From Alphaproteobacteria bacterium (lineage in GTDB: Bacteria > Pseudomonadota > Alphaproteobacteria > UBA828), in NCBI GenBank assembly GCA_965220745.1, contig CBDCQT010000005.1:128001-192000 (forward strand): a stretch of DNA of 64,000 nt, written 5' to 3'. The translations under genes were made by a program, and so were the position numbers. Below are positions 50,813 to 60,565 of this stretch, piece after piece. Positions within the stretch are counted from its first letter, which is position 1, and the number at the start of each line of letters is the position of its first letter. Under the pieces are notes generated by a model, which did not search any database, was not told the origin of the DNA, and worked only from the letters and a program-made list of their open reading frames with translations.

Positions 50813-50875
50813 GGCGCGCGCGCTCGCTGCGGCCGGCCGCTACCGGGAACCCGTGCGGCGTGTGCGGCCTGCGGC

Positions 50876-51820
50876 TCAGCCCTCGTAGTCGATCGGGGTG
50901 GCTTCGCGGTCGTCCTCGTGCCGCACCCAGTAGAGCTCGCGCAGCCGCTCGGTCACCGGGCCGGTGGCGCCGTCGCCCACCGGCTCGTGGTCGATCTTGG
51001 TGACCGGCAGGATGCCGCCCGCCGTGCTGGTGACGAAGACCTCGTCCGCGCCGCGCAAATCGTCCGGCGAGACCGCGCCGACCTCGCCCTTGACGTTGAG
51101 CTCGCCGAGCAGGTCGAGCGCGGTGCGCCGGGTGATGCCCTCCAGGCAGGTGCCGCCCGGCGTGGTCGCGGTGCCGCCCTTCACGGCGAAGACGTTGAAG
51201 CCCGGCCCCTCGGCGATGTTGCCGTCGAGGTCCACCACCACCGGCATGTCGCAGCCCCGCTCGTAGCTCTCGAACAGCGCGCGGATCATGTCGCCCCAGT
51301 GGAAGTTCTTGGCGGTGGGGTCGACCGAGCCCGGCGGGATGCGCAGGTAGGAGCTCAGGTGCAGGTCGATGCCGCGCGCGCGCATCTCTTCGTCGGCGAT
51401 CCAGACGAAGGGGATGGCGAAGGCGATGAAACGGTTCTCGCAGGCGCGGGGGTCGCGGGTGCCCTTGGGCGGCATGCCGCGGGTGCAGAGCACCTCCACG
51501 TAGGCGTCGCGCAGCTGGCTGAGGCGCATGAGCCGCATCAGGATCGCCACCACCTCGTCGCGGGCGTGGGGGATGGACATGCGGACGCTGGCGAGGCTCT
51601 TCTCGAAACGGTCGAGATGGTGATCGAGGCGGAAGAACTTGCCGTCCCAGACGTGGACCACGTCGTAGGTGACGTCGGAGCGGGTGAAGCCCCAGTCGAG
51701 GATCGGTATCCGCGCCTCGGCGATCGGCACGTAGGCGCCCTCGATGAAGGCGGCGCCGTCGGCAAAGCGGTTCTCCAGTCGCACCACGCCGTCGGCCGTC
51801 GCTTCCGTGACCCGTGTCAT
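50876..51820 (-). CDS. Fold-type IV PLP aminotransferase, (R)-amine transaminase-like
   Basis: DWGFTRSDVTYD, AYVE, VDPTAKNFHWGD, EGPGFN, LEGITR, STAGG. Confidence 0.88.
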   Translation of the reverse strand: MTRVTEATADGVVRLENRFADGAAFIEGAYVPIAEARIPILDWGFTRSDVTYDVVHVWDGKFFRLDHHLDRFEKSLASVRMSIPHARDEVVAILMRLMRLSQLRDAYVEVLCTRGMPPKGTRDPRACENRFIAFAIPFVWIADEEMRARGIDLHLSSYLRIPPGSVDPTAKNFHWGDMIRALFESYERGCDMPVVVDLDGNIAEGPGFNVFAVKGGTATTPGGTCLEGITRRTALDLLGELNVKGEVGAVSPDDLRGADEVFVTSTAGGILPVTKIDHEPVGDGATGPVTERLRELYWVRHEDDREATPIDYEG

Positions 51821-51904
51821 CAGCGGTCTCCCCGGTTCGCACATCCAGATCGGGCGACAGTGTGCCGCATCGCGCCGACTAGCGCGACCGTCGGCAGGCG
51901 ATCT

Positions 51905-52744
51905 CTACACCGGCACCGTTCCCTCGATGAGAATGCGGAGCAGCCGGCGCGGGTGGTCGCCCTCGTGGGGCGAGGCCTTGTGCATCGTGCAGCGATTGTC
52001 CCAGATCACGATGTCGTCCGGTTGCCATGCGTGGACATGGACGAACGCCGGCTGCGTGGCGTGCTCTATGAGCTTGTCGAGGAGGGCGTCGCCGTCCGCG
52101 AGCGGCAGGTCCGCGATCCGATCGATGCGGTTGGGGTTGATGTAGAGCGCCTCGCGGCCGGTCTCCGGGTGCGTGCGCACCAGCGGATGCGTCACCGGCG
52201 GGGTGCGTGCCTCCTCCTCAGGCGTGCGCTCGGGCACCGGCGAGCGGTTGCGCCGCGCCTGATACATATGCACGGCCCTGAGCCCTGCGATGCGGGTCTT
52301 GGTCTCGTCCGGTAATGCCTCGTAGGTCAGGTGCATGTTGGTGAACGACGTATCGCCGCCCTTGGGCGGCACAATCTCGCCATAGAGCATCGTGGCAGCA
52401 CACGGCACGGCCATGTAGGAGTCGTCAGTGTGCCACTGGCCGCCAAAGATCGCCGCCTTGCCGGTGGCGGTGCTGATCCCTTGGCGGCGCTCGATCAGCG
52501 AAATCTCGGGGTACTCCGTGTCGCGCAGAACGCCCATCAGCTCCCGCTGGGGGGTGCCAAAGATTCGGGCGAGGCGCAGGAACGTCTCGGACGTCGCCGT
52601 GCCGTTGCGGATGCAGAGCATCGGGCTCGCCCGGAAGGCGCGGCGCAGCGCCTCGCATTCCTCGGGCGCCGGCGACTCGAGATTGAACCCGGTCACCACA
52701 GCACCCAGCCCTGCCTTGCCGGGGTCCGTCACGGCTATGCTCAC
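51905..52744 (-). CDS. TauD/TfdA family dioxygenase
   Basis: WHTDDSY, GGDT.F, HPLVRTHPETG, WDNRCTMH; start estimated at GTG 52744. Confidence 0.9.
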   Translation of the reverse strand: MSIAVTDPGKAGLGAVVTGFNLESPAPEECEALRRAFRASPMLCIRNGTATSETFLRLARIFGTPQRELMGVLRDTEYPEISLIERRQGISTATGKAAIFGGQWHTDDSYMAVPCAATMLYGEIVPPKGGDTSFTNMHLTYEALPDETKTRIAGLRAVHMYQARRNRSPVPERTPEEEARTPPVTHPLVRTHPETGREALYINPNRIDRIADLPLADGDALLDKLIEHATQPAFVHVHAWQPDDIVIWDNRCTMHKASPHEGDHPRRLLRILIEGTVPV

Positions 52745-52993
52745 CGCGCGCCTCGTCCGTTGCCGCCGCCCGCTTGTGCCTCGTCCTTGGGACGCTTGCA
52801 TATCGCCCCGACTCGGGCAAACGACGGCGGCATGGCGCGGCCGAGAGCGCCGGTTTTCGCGCCGAAGCGTGGGAGCGGAAATCGAAATCCGGCACCAATT
52901 GTAACGAAGCCGCGATCCGCTTGGCATATGCGTTGCCCGCACATGGATTTGGGCCTATGTTTCGGGCGCTTTTCTGGCCAGGAGTACGAATCC

Positions 52994-53554
52994 ATGGTTC
53001 CGAGGAAGTTGGTGAGTGCGCTCGCCAAGACGGGCGCGCTCGGGCTCGTCTTGATCGCGTTGGCCGGCTGCCCGCCCATGCAACAGGGCGGCGAAGGCGG
53101 CGAGGCCGGCGGCGGCGACATGCTGATGTCGATCCTGCCGCTCATTCTGATTTTCGTGGTGTTCTACTTCCTGCTGATTCGCCCGCAGCAGAGGAAGCAG
53201 AAGGCCCACCGCGAAATGCTGCAGAACGTGAACCGGGGCGACGACATCGTCACCAACGGCGGCTTGGTCGGGAACGTCGTCAAGGTCGGCCGCGGCGACA
53301 GCGTTCTCGTGGAGATCGCGCCCGACGTCAGGGTCCGGGTCATGCGCAACATGATCTCGCAGATCATGCCGCGCCATGAACAGTACGAGGAAGACGACGA
53401 GGACGAAGACGAAGAGGACGAGCGCGAGGACGAGACCCTCGAGGACGAGGTCGACGACGAAGACGAGGACGAGGACTACGAGGACCTCGACGAGGAAGAC
53501 GAAGACGAGGAGGAAGAGGAGGAGGACGACAGGCGGAGAAGGCGCAGGCGCTGA
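52994..53554 (+). CDS. yajC: Preprotein translocase subunit YajC with lipobox-like N-terminus and acidic tail
   Basis: FYFLLIRPQQ, GDDIVTNGGLVG; upstream of secD; ATG 52994 after AGGAG. Confidence 0.92.
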   Translation: MVPRKLVSALAKTGALGLVLIALAGCPPMQQGGEGGEAGGGDMLMSILPLILIFVVFYFLLIRPQQRKQKAHREMLQNVNRGDDIVTNGGLVGNVVKVGRGDSVLVEIAPDVRVRVMRNMISQIMPRHEQYEEDDEDEDEEDEREDETLEDEVDDEDEDEDYEDLDEEDEDEEEEEEDDRRRRRRR

Positions 53555-53581
53555 TCGGGCCGTTCCTCTCCCGTATAGCCG

Positions 53582-55159
53582 ATGCTCCGTACCCGTCTCT
53601 GGCAAGTCGCTGTCGTCGCGGTGATCATCGCCGCGGCGATCGTTTTCGCCGTGCCCAACCTGTTCAGCCGCGTTTCGCTCGAGAGCTATCCCACGTGGCT
53701 GCCTTCGAGCCAGGTCAACCTCGGCCTCGATCTCCAGGGCGGCTCTCATCTTCTGCTCGAGGTGCAGGTCGCCGACATCCTGCGCGAGCGGATCACAACC
53801 CTGGTCGATGACACGCGCGTGGAGCTCAGGCGCAACGGCATCAAGTACACCGGGCTGAAGGCGGCGCGGGACCGCGTCGTCTTCCAGCTCATCGACCCCG
53901 CCCAGATCGACGCGGCGGCCGAGGCGGTGGAAGATCTCGACCCCGAGGCCGAGATCGACAACGACTCCGGCGGGGCCTTCCAGATCGTGCTCACCGAGGA
54001 GGCGGTGGAGGGCCGCCGTCTCGCGGCGGTGAACCAGTCAATCGAGATCATCCGCCGCCGCATCGACGAGACCGGCGTGCGGGAGCCCACCATCCAGCGC
54101 CAGGGCGAGGACCGCATCCTCGTCCAGCTGCCCGGCGTGGACGATCCCGAGCGCATCAAGCGCTTGCTGGGCCGGACGGCGAAGCTCACCTTCCATCTGC
54201 TCGACGAAAACGTGACCGCGCAGGACCGGCGCTCAGGCCGCGTGCCGCTAGGCTCGCTGCGCCTGCCCAGCGACGAGGTGGGCGAGGATGGCGAAGAGAC
54301 ATTTTACATCATCCGCAAGCGAGTCATGGTGAGCGGCGATTCGTTGGTCGATGCAGCGACCACGCGCGACCAGACTGGGCAGTGGGCGGTGAGCTTCCGC
54401 TTCGATTCCACCGGGGCGCGGAAGTTCGGCGACGTGACCACCGAGAATGTCGGCAGGCCCTTCGCCATCGTGCTGGACGGCCGGGTCATCAGCGCGCCGG
54501 TGATCCGCGAGCCCATCGTCGGCGGCAACGGGCAGATCACCGGCAACTTCACCGTCGAGGAGGCCAACGACCTCTCGCTGCTGCTGCGCGCAGGTGCGCT
54601 GCCTGCGCCGATGAAGATTCTGGAGGAGCGCACGGTCGGGCCCGATCTCGGCGCCGATTCCATCGAGGCCGGCAAGATCGCCTGCATCATCGGCCTCGCG
54701 GCGGTGATCGTGTTCATGGTGCTCTACTACGGCCTGTTCGGCCTGGTCGCGGATCTCGCGCTGATCCTCAACCTGATCATCATGCTGGGTGTGCTGTCGT
54801 TGCTGCAGGCGACGCTGACGCTGCCCGGCATCGCCGGCATCGTGCTCACCATCGGCATGGCGGTGGACGCCAACGTGCTGATCTTCGAGCGAATACGCGA
54901 GGAGGCGAAAGCGGGCCGGGCGCCGTTCTCGGCCATGGAGGCCGGCTATCGCCGTGCCTTCACCACGATCATCGACTCCAACCTGACGACGCTGATCGCC
55001 GCCATCATCCTCTTTATCATCGGCACTGGGCCGGTGAAGGGCTTCGCCGTCACGCTCGGAATCGGGATCGCCACCTCCATGTTCACCGCCATGCTGGTGA
55101 GCCGGATCATCCTGGTCGCCTGGCTGCGCCAGCGGCGGCCCGCAGCGCTGCCGCTTTAG
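53582..55159 (+). CDS. secD: Protein translocase subunit SecD
   Basis: LGLDLQGG, AGALPAP, GMAVDANVLIFERIREE. Confidence 0.97.
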   Translation: MLRTRLWQVAVVAVIIAAAIVFAVPNLFSRVSLESYPTWLPSSQVNLGLDLQGGSHLLLEVQVADILRERITTLVDDTRVELRRNGIKYTGLKAARDRVVFQLIDPAQIDAAAEAVEDLDPEAEIDNDSGGAFQIVLTEEAVEGRRLAAVNQSIEIIRRRIDETGVREPTIQRQGEDRILVQLPGVDDPERIKRLLGRTAKLTFHLLDENVTAQDRRSGRVPLGSLRLPSDEVGEDGEETFYIIRKRVMVSGDSLVDAATTRDQTGQWAVSFRFDSTGARKFGDVTTENVGRPFAIVLDGRVISAPVIREPIVGGNGQITGNFTVEEANDLSLLLRAGALPAPMKILEERTVGPDLGADSIEAGKIACIIGLAAVIVFMVLYYGLFGLVADLALILNLIIMLGVLSLLQATLTLPGIAGIVLTIGMAVDANVLIFERIREEAKAGRAPFSAMEAGYRRAFTTIIDSNLTTLIAAIILFIIGTGPVKGFAVTLGIGIATSMFTAMLVSRIILVAWLRQRRPAALPL

Positions 55160-55168
55160 GCTCGTATC

Positions 55169-56359
55169 ATGTGGCGTTTCCGGCTCATCCCCGACAACAC
55201 GAAGGTGCCGTTCCTGCGGCTGCGCCGCACCTTCTTCATCGTGTCGATCACGCTTGCGGTGCTTTCGGTCGCGGTCCTGCTGGGCCGTGGGCTCAACTTC
55301 GGGATCGACTTCGCCGGCGGCATCCTGATCGAGGTGGGCACCGAGCGTGAAGCCGATATCGGGCAGATGCGGAGCGCGCTCACCGGCCTCGGCCTCGGCG
55401 AGATCGCGCTGCAGGAGTTCGGCTCGCCCAACGAAGTCTTGATCCGCATCGAACGCCAGCCGGGCGACGCGGGCGCCCAGCAGGTGGCCGTCACCGCCGT
55501 GCGCGAGGCCCTGAGCGCGAACTACAGCGATACGCTGAGCTACCGCCGGGTCGAGACGGTGGGGCCCAAGGTCGGCGGCGAGCTGATCCAGGCCGGCATC
55601 ATCGCGGTGGTGGTCTCCGTCTTCCTGATGCTGGTCTATATCTGGTTCCGGTTCGAGCTGCCGTTCGCCATCGGCGCGGTGATCGCGCTGCTCCACGACG
55701 TGCTGCTTTCGCTCGGAATCTTTGCGGCACTCGGGTTGGAATTCAATTTGCCCATCGTCGCCGCGATTCTGCTCATCGTCGGCTACTCGATGAACGACAC
55801 CGTGGTCGTGTACGACCGCGTGCGCGAGAATTTGCGCAAATACAAGACGCTGCCGCTTCTGGAGCTGCTCAACAAGAGTGTCAACGAGACTCTCGCGCGC
55901 ACCGTCATCACCTCGGCGACGACAATGCTCGCCCTGCTTGCCCTGCTCATCTTCGGCGGTGCTGTCATCCGCGATTTCAGCTTCGCGATGATCTGGGGCG
56001 TGATCGTCGGCACCTATTCGTCGATCTTCATTGCAGGCGCGCTCCTGCTCTACGTGCAGCCGCAGCGGGGCGGCCAGAAGAAGACCGTGGGTCAGGCCGA
56101 GCGAACCGCCGCCCTCGACGAGGACCTGCCGCCTGCACGGTTTGCAGCCGAGCCCGAGCCCGCGGCCGCCCTTCCGGAGCCGGAAGCGCCGGTGGCCAAC
56201 GTGGCCGACATCGCCCGGGCCGCCGACGCGGCCGAGGCGGCCCTCGCCCAGGAGGGCGAGGAGGGGCCCGAGCCCGAGCCCACCGGCTCGCGCAGGCAGC
56301 GCCGCGCGAGCTCCGCGCGGGAGCGCAAGCGCCGACGACGCAAGCGCGGCAAGCGCTAA
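55169..56359 (+). CDS. secF: Protein translocase subunit SecF with C-terminal extension
   Basis: GIDFAGG, VGPKVG, GYSMNDTVVVYDRVREN, GTYSSIF. Confidence 0.97.
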   Translation: MWRFRLIPDNTKVPFLRLRRTFFIVSITLAVLSVAVLLGRGLNFGIDFAGGILIEVGTEREADIGQMRSALTGLGLGEIALQEFGSPNEVLIRIERQPGDAGAQQVAVTAVREALSANYSDTLSYRRVETVGPKVGGELIQAGIIAVVVSVFLMLVYIWFRFELPFAIGAVIALLHDVLLSLGIFAALGLEFNLPIVAAILLIVGYSMNDTVVVYDRVRENLRKYKTLPLLELLNKSVNETLARTVITSATTMLALLALLIFGGAVIRDFSFAMIWGVIVGTYSSIFIAGALLLYVQPQRGGQKKTVGQAERTAALDEDLPPARFAAEPEPAAALPEPEAPVANVADIARAADAAEAALAQEGEEGPEPEPTGSRRQRRASSARERKRRRRKRGKR

Positions 56360-56368
56360 GAGCGCACC

Positions 56369-56752
56369 GTGGATATCACGCCGCTCGTCCCCGAAGGCCG
56401 GCAGATCATCGAGAGCTACGGCGACGACGGCTTCAGGATTAGCGGCGAGCGTTATCCGGGCCCGGTCATCGTCTGGCCCGAGGGCGTGGTTCCCTGGCGG
56501 GTCTCGGGTATCGCGTCGGCCGCGATCGAGACGCTCGATGCCGTGTTCTCCGCCGAGCCCCCGGTCGAGATTCTGCTGATCGGCAGCGGTGCCGCGTTCG
56601 AGATGGCGCCGGCGCCGCTGCGCGCGGCGCTCGGCAAGCGCGGCCTCTCCGTCGAGAGCATGGACACCGGCGCCGCCTGCCGCACCTACAACGTGCTGAT
56701 GGCCGAGGACCGGCGCGTCGCCGCTGCCCTCATCCCCGCTCGAGGCGGCTGA
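56369..56752 (+). CDS. Mth938-like (NDUFAF3-like) protein
   Basis: EILLIGSG, ESMDTGAACRTYNVLMAEDRRVAAAL. Confidence 0.93.
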   Translation: MDITPLVPEGRQIIESYGDDGFRISGERYPGPVIVWPEGVVPWRVSGIASAAIETLDAVFSAEPPVEILLIGSGAAFEMAPAPLRAALGKRGLSVESMDTGAACRTYNVLMAEDRRVAAALIPARGG

Positions 56753-56774
56753 CCGCTCCTTCCCGCCGAAGCCC

Positions 56775-57368
56775 TCAACTCAGCGGGATGTCGCTGTCGT
56801 CCTTCGACCCCTGGTACGCTGACGAGAGCTCGTTGTAGAGCGTGCGAAGGTGGGAGATTTGGTCCTTTAGGTCCCTGCTTTCGCTGCCGATCAGGTCGTC
56901 GACGGACCGGCATCGCCAGAACGCGTTCTCGCGGGCGTAGTCGCCGTTCTCGATGCGGAAGACCTCGCTCAGAATCCGCAGGTCATGGGGGATGTTGAAG
57001 GCGTCGCGCGTGTCCACGTAGCCGAAGAGGTAGTGGAAGTTGTCGAACCCGGCCCAGGTGATCGCGGAGAGGCACAGCGAGCAGGGCTCGTGGGTCGAGA
57101 GGAACAGGCAATCCTCGGGCGCAGGCCGCTCCGCCCCGGCCAGCGCGAAGAACGCGTTGAGCGTCGAGATTTCGCCGTGGAACAGCGGGTTCTCGGTCTC
57201 GCGGTTGGTTGCGGCGATGACCAGCGACAGGTCCGACTTGCGGAGGATCGCGCCGCCGAACACCTTGTCGCCACGCGCAACGCCCGCCCGAGTCAGCGGA
57301 ACGATGTCGTGCTCGATCACGTCCAGGAAGCGGGTGGCCAGCGCGTGGGCCGAATGTGTCACGGTCAA
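56775..57368 (-). CDS. Nucleoside/guanine deaminase (CDA fold)
   Basis: NPLFHGEI and STHEPCSLC zinc motifs; start 57368 (TTGA overlap) or 57362. Confidence 0.88.
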   Translation of the reverse strand: MTVTHSAHALATRFLDVIEHDIVPLTRAGVARGDKVFGGAILRKSDLSLVIAATNRETENPLFHGEISTLNAFFALAGAERPAPEDCLFLSTHEPCSLCLSAITWAGFDNFHYLFGYVDTRDAFNIPHDLRILSEVFRIENGDYARENAFWRCRSVDDLIGSESRDLKDQISHLRTLYNELSSAYQGSKDDSDIPLS

Positions 57369-58387
57369 GCTCCCGCCTCTGACGCCGCATAGCCCTCCAG
57401 TCGGCTGAGCAGGGCACGCTGCTCCTCCGCCGGCAGCCAGCTTGCCTCGAAGGCGTTGGCGGCGAGCCGGACGACCTGATCCCGGCTCAGATCGGCCTCC
57501 TCCTGGGTCGCGACCAGATTCTCGTGGATGTAACCCAGGAAGTATGCGGGATCGTCGGAGTTGACGGTCGCGCGCATGCCCTTCTCCAGCATGCGCCGAA
57601 CCTCCAGGGCCTTGAGGCTGCCGGTGATGCACTTGTTGGAGATCGGGCAGACCGTGAGTGCCAGGCCCCTGCGCACTATCTCGTCGCAGAGCGCCTCGTC
57701 CTCCAGCGAGTTGACGCCGTGGTCGATCCTGTCGACCCCGATGTCGTCGAGGGTCTGCCAGAGGTGCAGGGTCGAGTTCTCCTGATCCACGTCGCAGTGC
57801 ATGGTGAGCCGGTAGCCCTCGGCACGCGCCCGGGCGAACACCGCCTTGAACTTCACCGGCGGATTGCCCTTCTCGTCGGAGTCGAGGCCGACGCCGACGA
57901 TCCAGTCCCTGTAGGGCAGGGATTGCTCCAGCGTCGCCATCGCGGACTCGGCGCTCATATCCCGCAGGAAGCACATGATGAGCTGGGTGCGAATGCCGAG
58001 CTTGTCCTGCGCATCCACCTGCGCCCGACGGATTCCGCGGATCACGGTGTCGTAGTCGATGCCGCGCGCGGTGTGGGCCTGGGGGTCGAAGAACATCTCG
58101 GCATAGATCACGCCTTGGGAATGCGCTTTGGTCAGGTAGGCGGTCGCCAGATCGTAGAAGTCCTGCTCGGTCACCAGGACGCCCATGCCCTCGTAGTACA
58201 TCTTGAGGAACGACGGCAGATCGTCGAAGTCGTAGGCGGCCCGCATCTCCTCGACCGATTCGTAAGGCAGCTCGATGCCGTTGCGGCGGGCGAGGTCGAA
58301 CTTCAGCTCCGGCTCCAGCGTCCCCTCCACGTGGACGTGCAGCTCGGCCTTAGGCATGCCTTCGATGAAGCGTCTCATGTCCGTCAT
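57365..58387 (-). CDS. add: Adenine/adenosine deaminase
   Basis: PKAELHVHVEGTLEP, RIDHG, TVCP.SN, NSDDPAYF. Confidence 0.92.
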   Translation of the reverse strand: MTDMRRFIEGMPKAELHVHVEGTLEPELKFDLARRNGIELPYESVEEMRAAYDFDDLPSFLKMYYEGMGVLVTEQDFYDLATAYLTKAHSQGVIYAEMFFDPQAHTARGIDYDTVIRGIRRAQVDAQDKLGIRTQLIMCFLRDMSAESAMATLEQSLPYRDWIVGVGLDSDEKGNPPVKFKAVFARARAEGYRLTMHCDVDQENSTLHLWQTLDDIGVDRIDHGVNSLEDEALCDEIVRRGLALTVCPISNKCITGSLKALEVRRMLEKGMRATVNSDDPAYFLGYIHENLVATQEEADLSRDQVVRLAANAFEASWLPAEEQRALLSRLEGYAASEAGA

Positions 58388-58583
58388 GACGTCAAGCCCA
58401 TGGTTCGGCGTGGAATAATTGCCCCTCGGATACGCCAGAAATCAACAGGTTGCCACAGCGATCTGCGCCCAGCCAGCGCGCCCAACGACCAACCGAGCCA
58501 TGAGGTGGCGCCGACAATTGCAACCGCCCGTTCACGCACTATGCTAGAGACTTGCGATTCGGAATTGCAGGGGGGCACCAGAA

Positions 58584-58676
58584 ATGACCAACCCGCTGAC
58601 ATCGCTTGGCAAGACCGTGATCATGGGGGTCGCTATGACCGTGATCATCGTCGCCATCCTCTATGGCATAAGCTGA
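58584..58676 (+). CDS. 30-aa single-TM peptide MTNPLTSLGKTVIMGVAMTVIIVAILYGIS
   Basis: Translated from sequence (below ORF-track cutoff); AGGGGGG SD-like upstream; hydrophobic; directly before the puuD-like gene. Confidence 0.6.
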   Translation: MTNPLTSLGKTVIMGVAMTVIIVAILYGIS

Positions 58677-58692
58677 CCGGGGAGGCGAGGCG

Positions 58693-59223
58693 ATGGACAT
58701 TCCATTGGTCGACTACCATTGGTGGACATTCTTCTTCCGCTGGACCCACGTGCTCGCGGGCGTGATGTGGATCGGGCTGCTCTGGTACTTCAACTTCGTC
58801 CAGATCCCGAACATGCCGAAGATCCCGGACGACCAAAAACCCGCGATCGGCAAGGTGATCGCGCCGGCGGCGCTCTTCTGGTTCCGCTGGGCGGCGCTCG
58901 CCACGGTGGCGACCGGCATCGTGCTCGCGCTGATGAACGAGTATTTCTCGGATGCCATCACCTTCGGCATTCTCGGCGCGGCCACCGACGGGCACGTGCT
59001 GAGGCACACCGCCATCGGCATCGGGATGTGGCTCGGCATCATCATGATGCTGAACGTCTGGCTCATCATCTGGCCAAACCAAAAACGAGCCCTCGGAATC
59101 GTGGAGGTCGAGGCCGACCGCAAGGCGCGATCGGCGCGCTACGCCATGCTGGCGTCGCGCACCAACACGATGCTCTCGATCCCGATGCTCTACTCCATGG
59201 TTTCGGCGCAGAACGTCTACTGA
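58693..59223 (+). CDS. Urate hydroxylase PuuD-family membrane protein (short form, no cytochrome c domain)
   Basis: RWTHVLAGVMWIGLLWYFNFVQ, ALFWFRW, NVW.IIWPNQK, SRTN. Confidence 0.85.
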   Translation: MDIPLVDYHWWTFFFRWTHVLAGVMWIGLLWYFNFVQIPNMPKIPDDQKPAIGKVIAPAALFWFRWAALATVATGIVLALMNEYFSDAITFGILGAATDGHVLRHTAIGIGMWLGIIMMLNVWLIIWPNQKRALGIVEVEADRKARSARYAMLASRTNTMLSIPMLYSMVSAQNVY

Positions 59224-59241
59224 CGCGATAGCGCACACGCA

Positions 59242-59277
59242 CCCGCCCGGCCGCCGCACCATTCGGCGCCGGGCGGG
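59242..59277. terminator. GC hairpin between convergent genes
   Basis: CCCGCCCGG / CCGGGCGGG inverted repeat. Confidence 0.5.
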
Positions 59278-59290
59278 GCCGTTTCCCGGA

Positions 59291-60565
59291 TCAGATGGTG
59301 GCGAGCGCCCGCAGGGCGTGCTGTGCCGCGGTGGCGCCCGAGCGCACCGCCCCTTCGATGGTGGCGGGCAGCCCGGTCGCGGTCCAGTCCCCGGCGAGGA
59401 AGAGATTGCGATAGCGGGTCTCGGCCGGCGGGCGGAGCGGCAGGGCGGACGGAATCTGGGCGAAGGTCGCGCGCTTCTCCTTCACGATGCGAACCGCCGG
59501 CGCGGCGGGCGGGCGATAGTCGAGCGCCTGCGAGACGTCATTCCAGAGAATCTCGGTGATCTCCGCCGCAGGGCGCTCGGCCAGCGCACCCGCCGCGCTC
59601 ACGGTGACCGAGGCAATATCGCCACGAGCGAAGATCCACTGTGCTGTGCCGCCGACCACGCCGAGGATCGCGCTGCCGCCCGGCATCGGCACCGGACGGT
59701 CGAGCCGGAAGTGGGCGTTGACGATGGGCCGGGTCTCCAGCGGCGCCGGGATCTCGGGCAGGAGCTGGGTGCAGACCTGCGGCGTCACCGCGAGCACGGC
59801 GACATCGCCCGGCGCGAACGCCGTGTCGCCGTCGCCATTACCGGCGAAATCGAGGGCTGTCACAGCGCGCCCGTCGTGCTGGATGGCGCGCAGCCGGCGG
59901 TTGTAGTGGAGCAGGCCACCGCCGCGCTCCACGTAGTGCACGCCCGGCTCCACCAGATTGGGGCCGAGGCCGTCGCGGGTGAGATAGGCGCGGCAGGCCG
60001 CCTCGCCCTGGCCGAAGGTGAGCCGCAGCACCGGCCAAAGCAGGCGCGCGGCAGCCTCCTCCACCGAGGCATTCAGCACCGCCACCGTCAGCGGCTCCCA
60101 CAGCCGCTCCAGCAGTGGCCCGGTGCCGCTGAGCCGCTCCGCGGCGGTGTCGCTGTCCCGCGAACGGGCGAGGGCGAGGCCGGCCAGATAGTGGCGCGCG
60201 CGGCTGCCCGGCACGCGGCGCCCCGGCGCCACGATCCACCAGGGCACTGGCCCGGCATTGGGGCGTACGGTCCAGCGCTCGCCCGAGCGCAGGTCGACGA
60301 AGGGGAAGGCCGCGCGCTCCTGGCCAACCAGGCCGTCGCGGGCGCCGACGGTCTCCAGGTACGCGAACACGGCGGGATTGGCGCCCAGGATCAGGTGGTT
60401 GCCATTGTCGATGGTCCGGTCCAGGGTGGCGTCGTGGAACGAACGGCAGCGGCCGCCTGCGTGCGCCGCCGCCTCCCAAAGGACGACGCGCTGCCTCGCC
60501 TTCACCAGCTCCACGGCGCAGGAAAGCCCCGCCATGCCGGCGCCGATCACGTGAACGGTCGCCAT
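59291..60565 (-). CDS. hpnE: Hydroxysqualene dehydroxylase HpnE
   Basis: VIGAGMAG, GGRCRS, DNGNHL, KEKRATF, AGDWTATGLPATIEGAVRSG. Confidence 0.88.
   Translation of the reverse strand: MATVHVIGAGMAGLSCAVELVKARQRVVLWEAAAHAGGRCRSFHDATLDRTIDNGNHLILGANPAVFAYLETVGARDGLVGQERAAFPFVDLRSGERWTVRPNAGPVPWWIVAPGRRVPGSRARHYLAGLALARSRDSDTAAERLSGTGPLLERLWEPLTVAVLNASVEEAAARLLWPVLRLTFGQGEAACRAYLTRDGLGPNLVEPGVHYVERGGGLLHYNRRLRAIQHDGRAVTALDFAGNGDGDTAFAPGDVAVLAVTPQVCTQLLPEIPAPLETRPIVNAHFRLDRPVPMPGGSAILGVVGGTAQWIFARGDIASVTVSAAGALAERPAAEITEILWNDVSQALDYRPPAAPAVRIVKEKRATFAQIPSALPLRPPAETRYRNLFLAGDWTATGLPATIEGAVRSGATAAQHALRALATI

Noticed and set aside
49634-52315. 893-aa plus-strand ORF (and similar long ORFs such as 765-2072, 54248-55696, 61976-63517)
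   Set aside because: Antisense shadows of well-supported genes in high-GC DNA, with no recognisable motifs
53377-53530. Repeat array or CRISPR-like region
   Set aside because: It is GAN-codon low complexity encoding the YajC acidic tail; no repeat-spacer structure and no cas genes in the window
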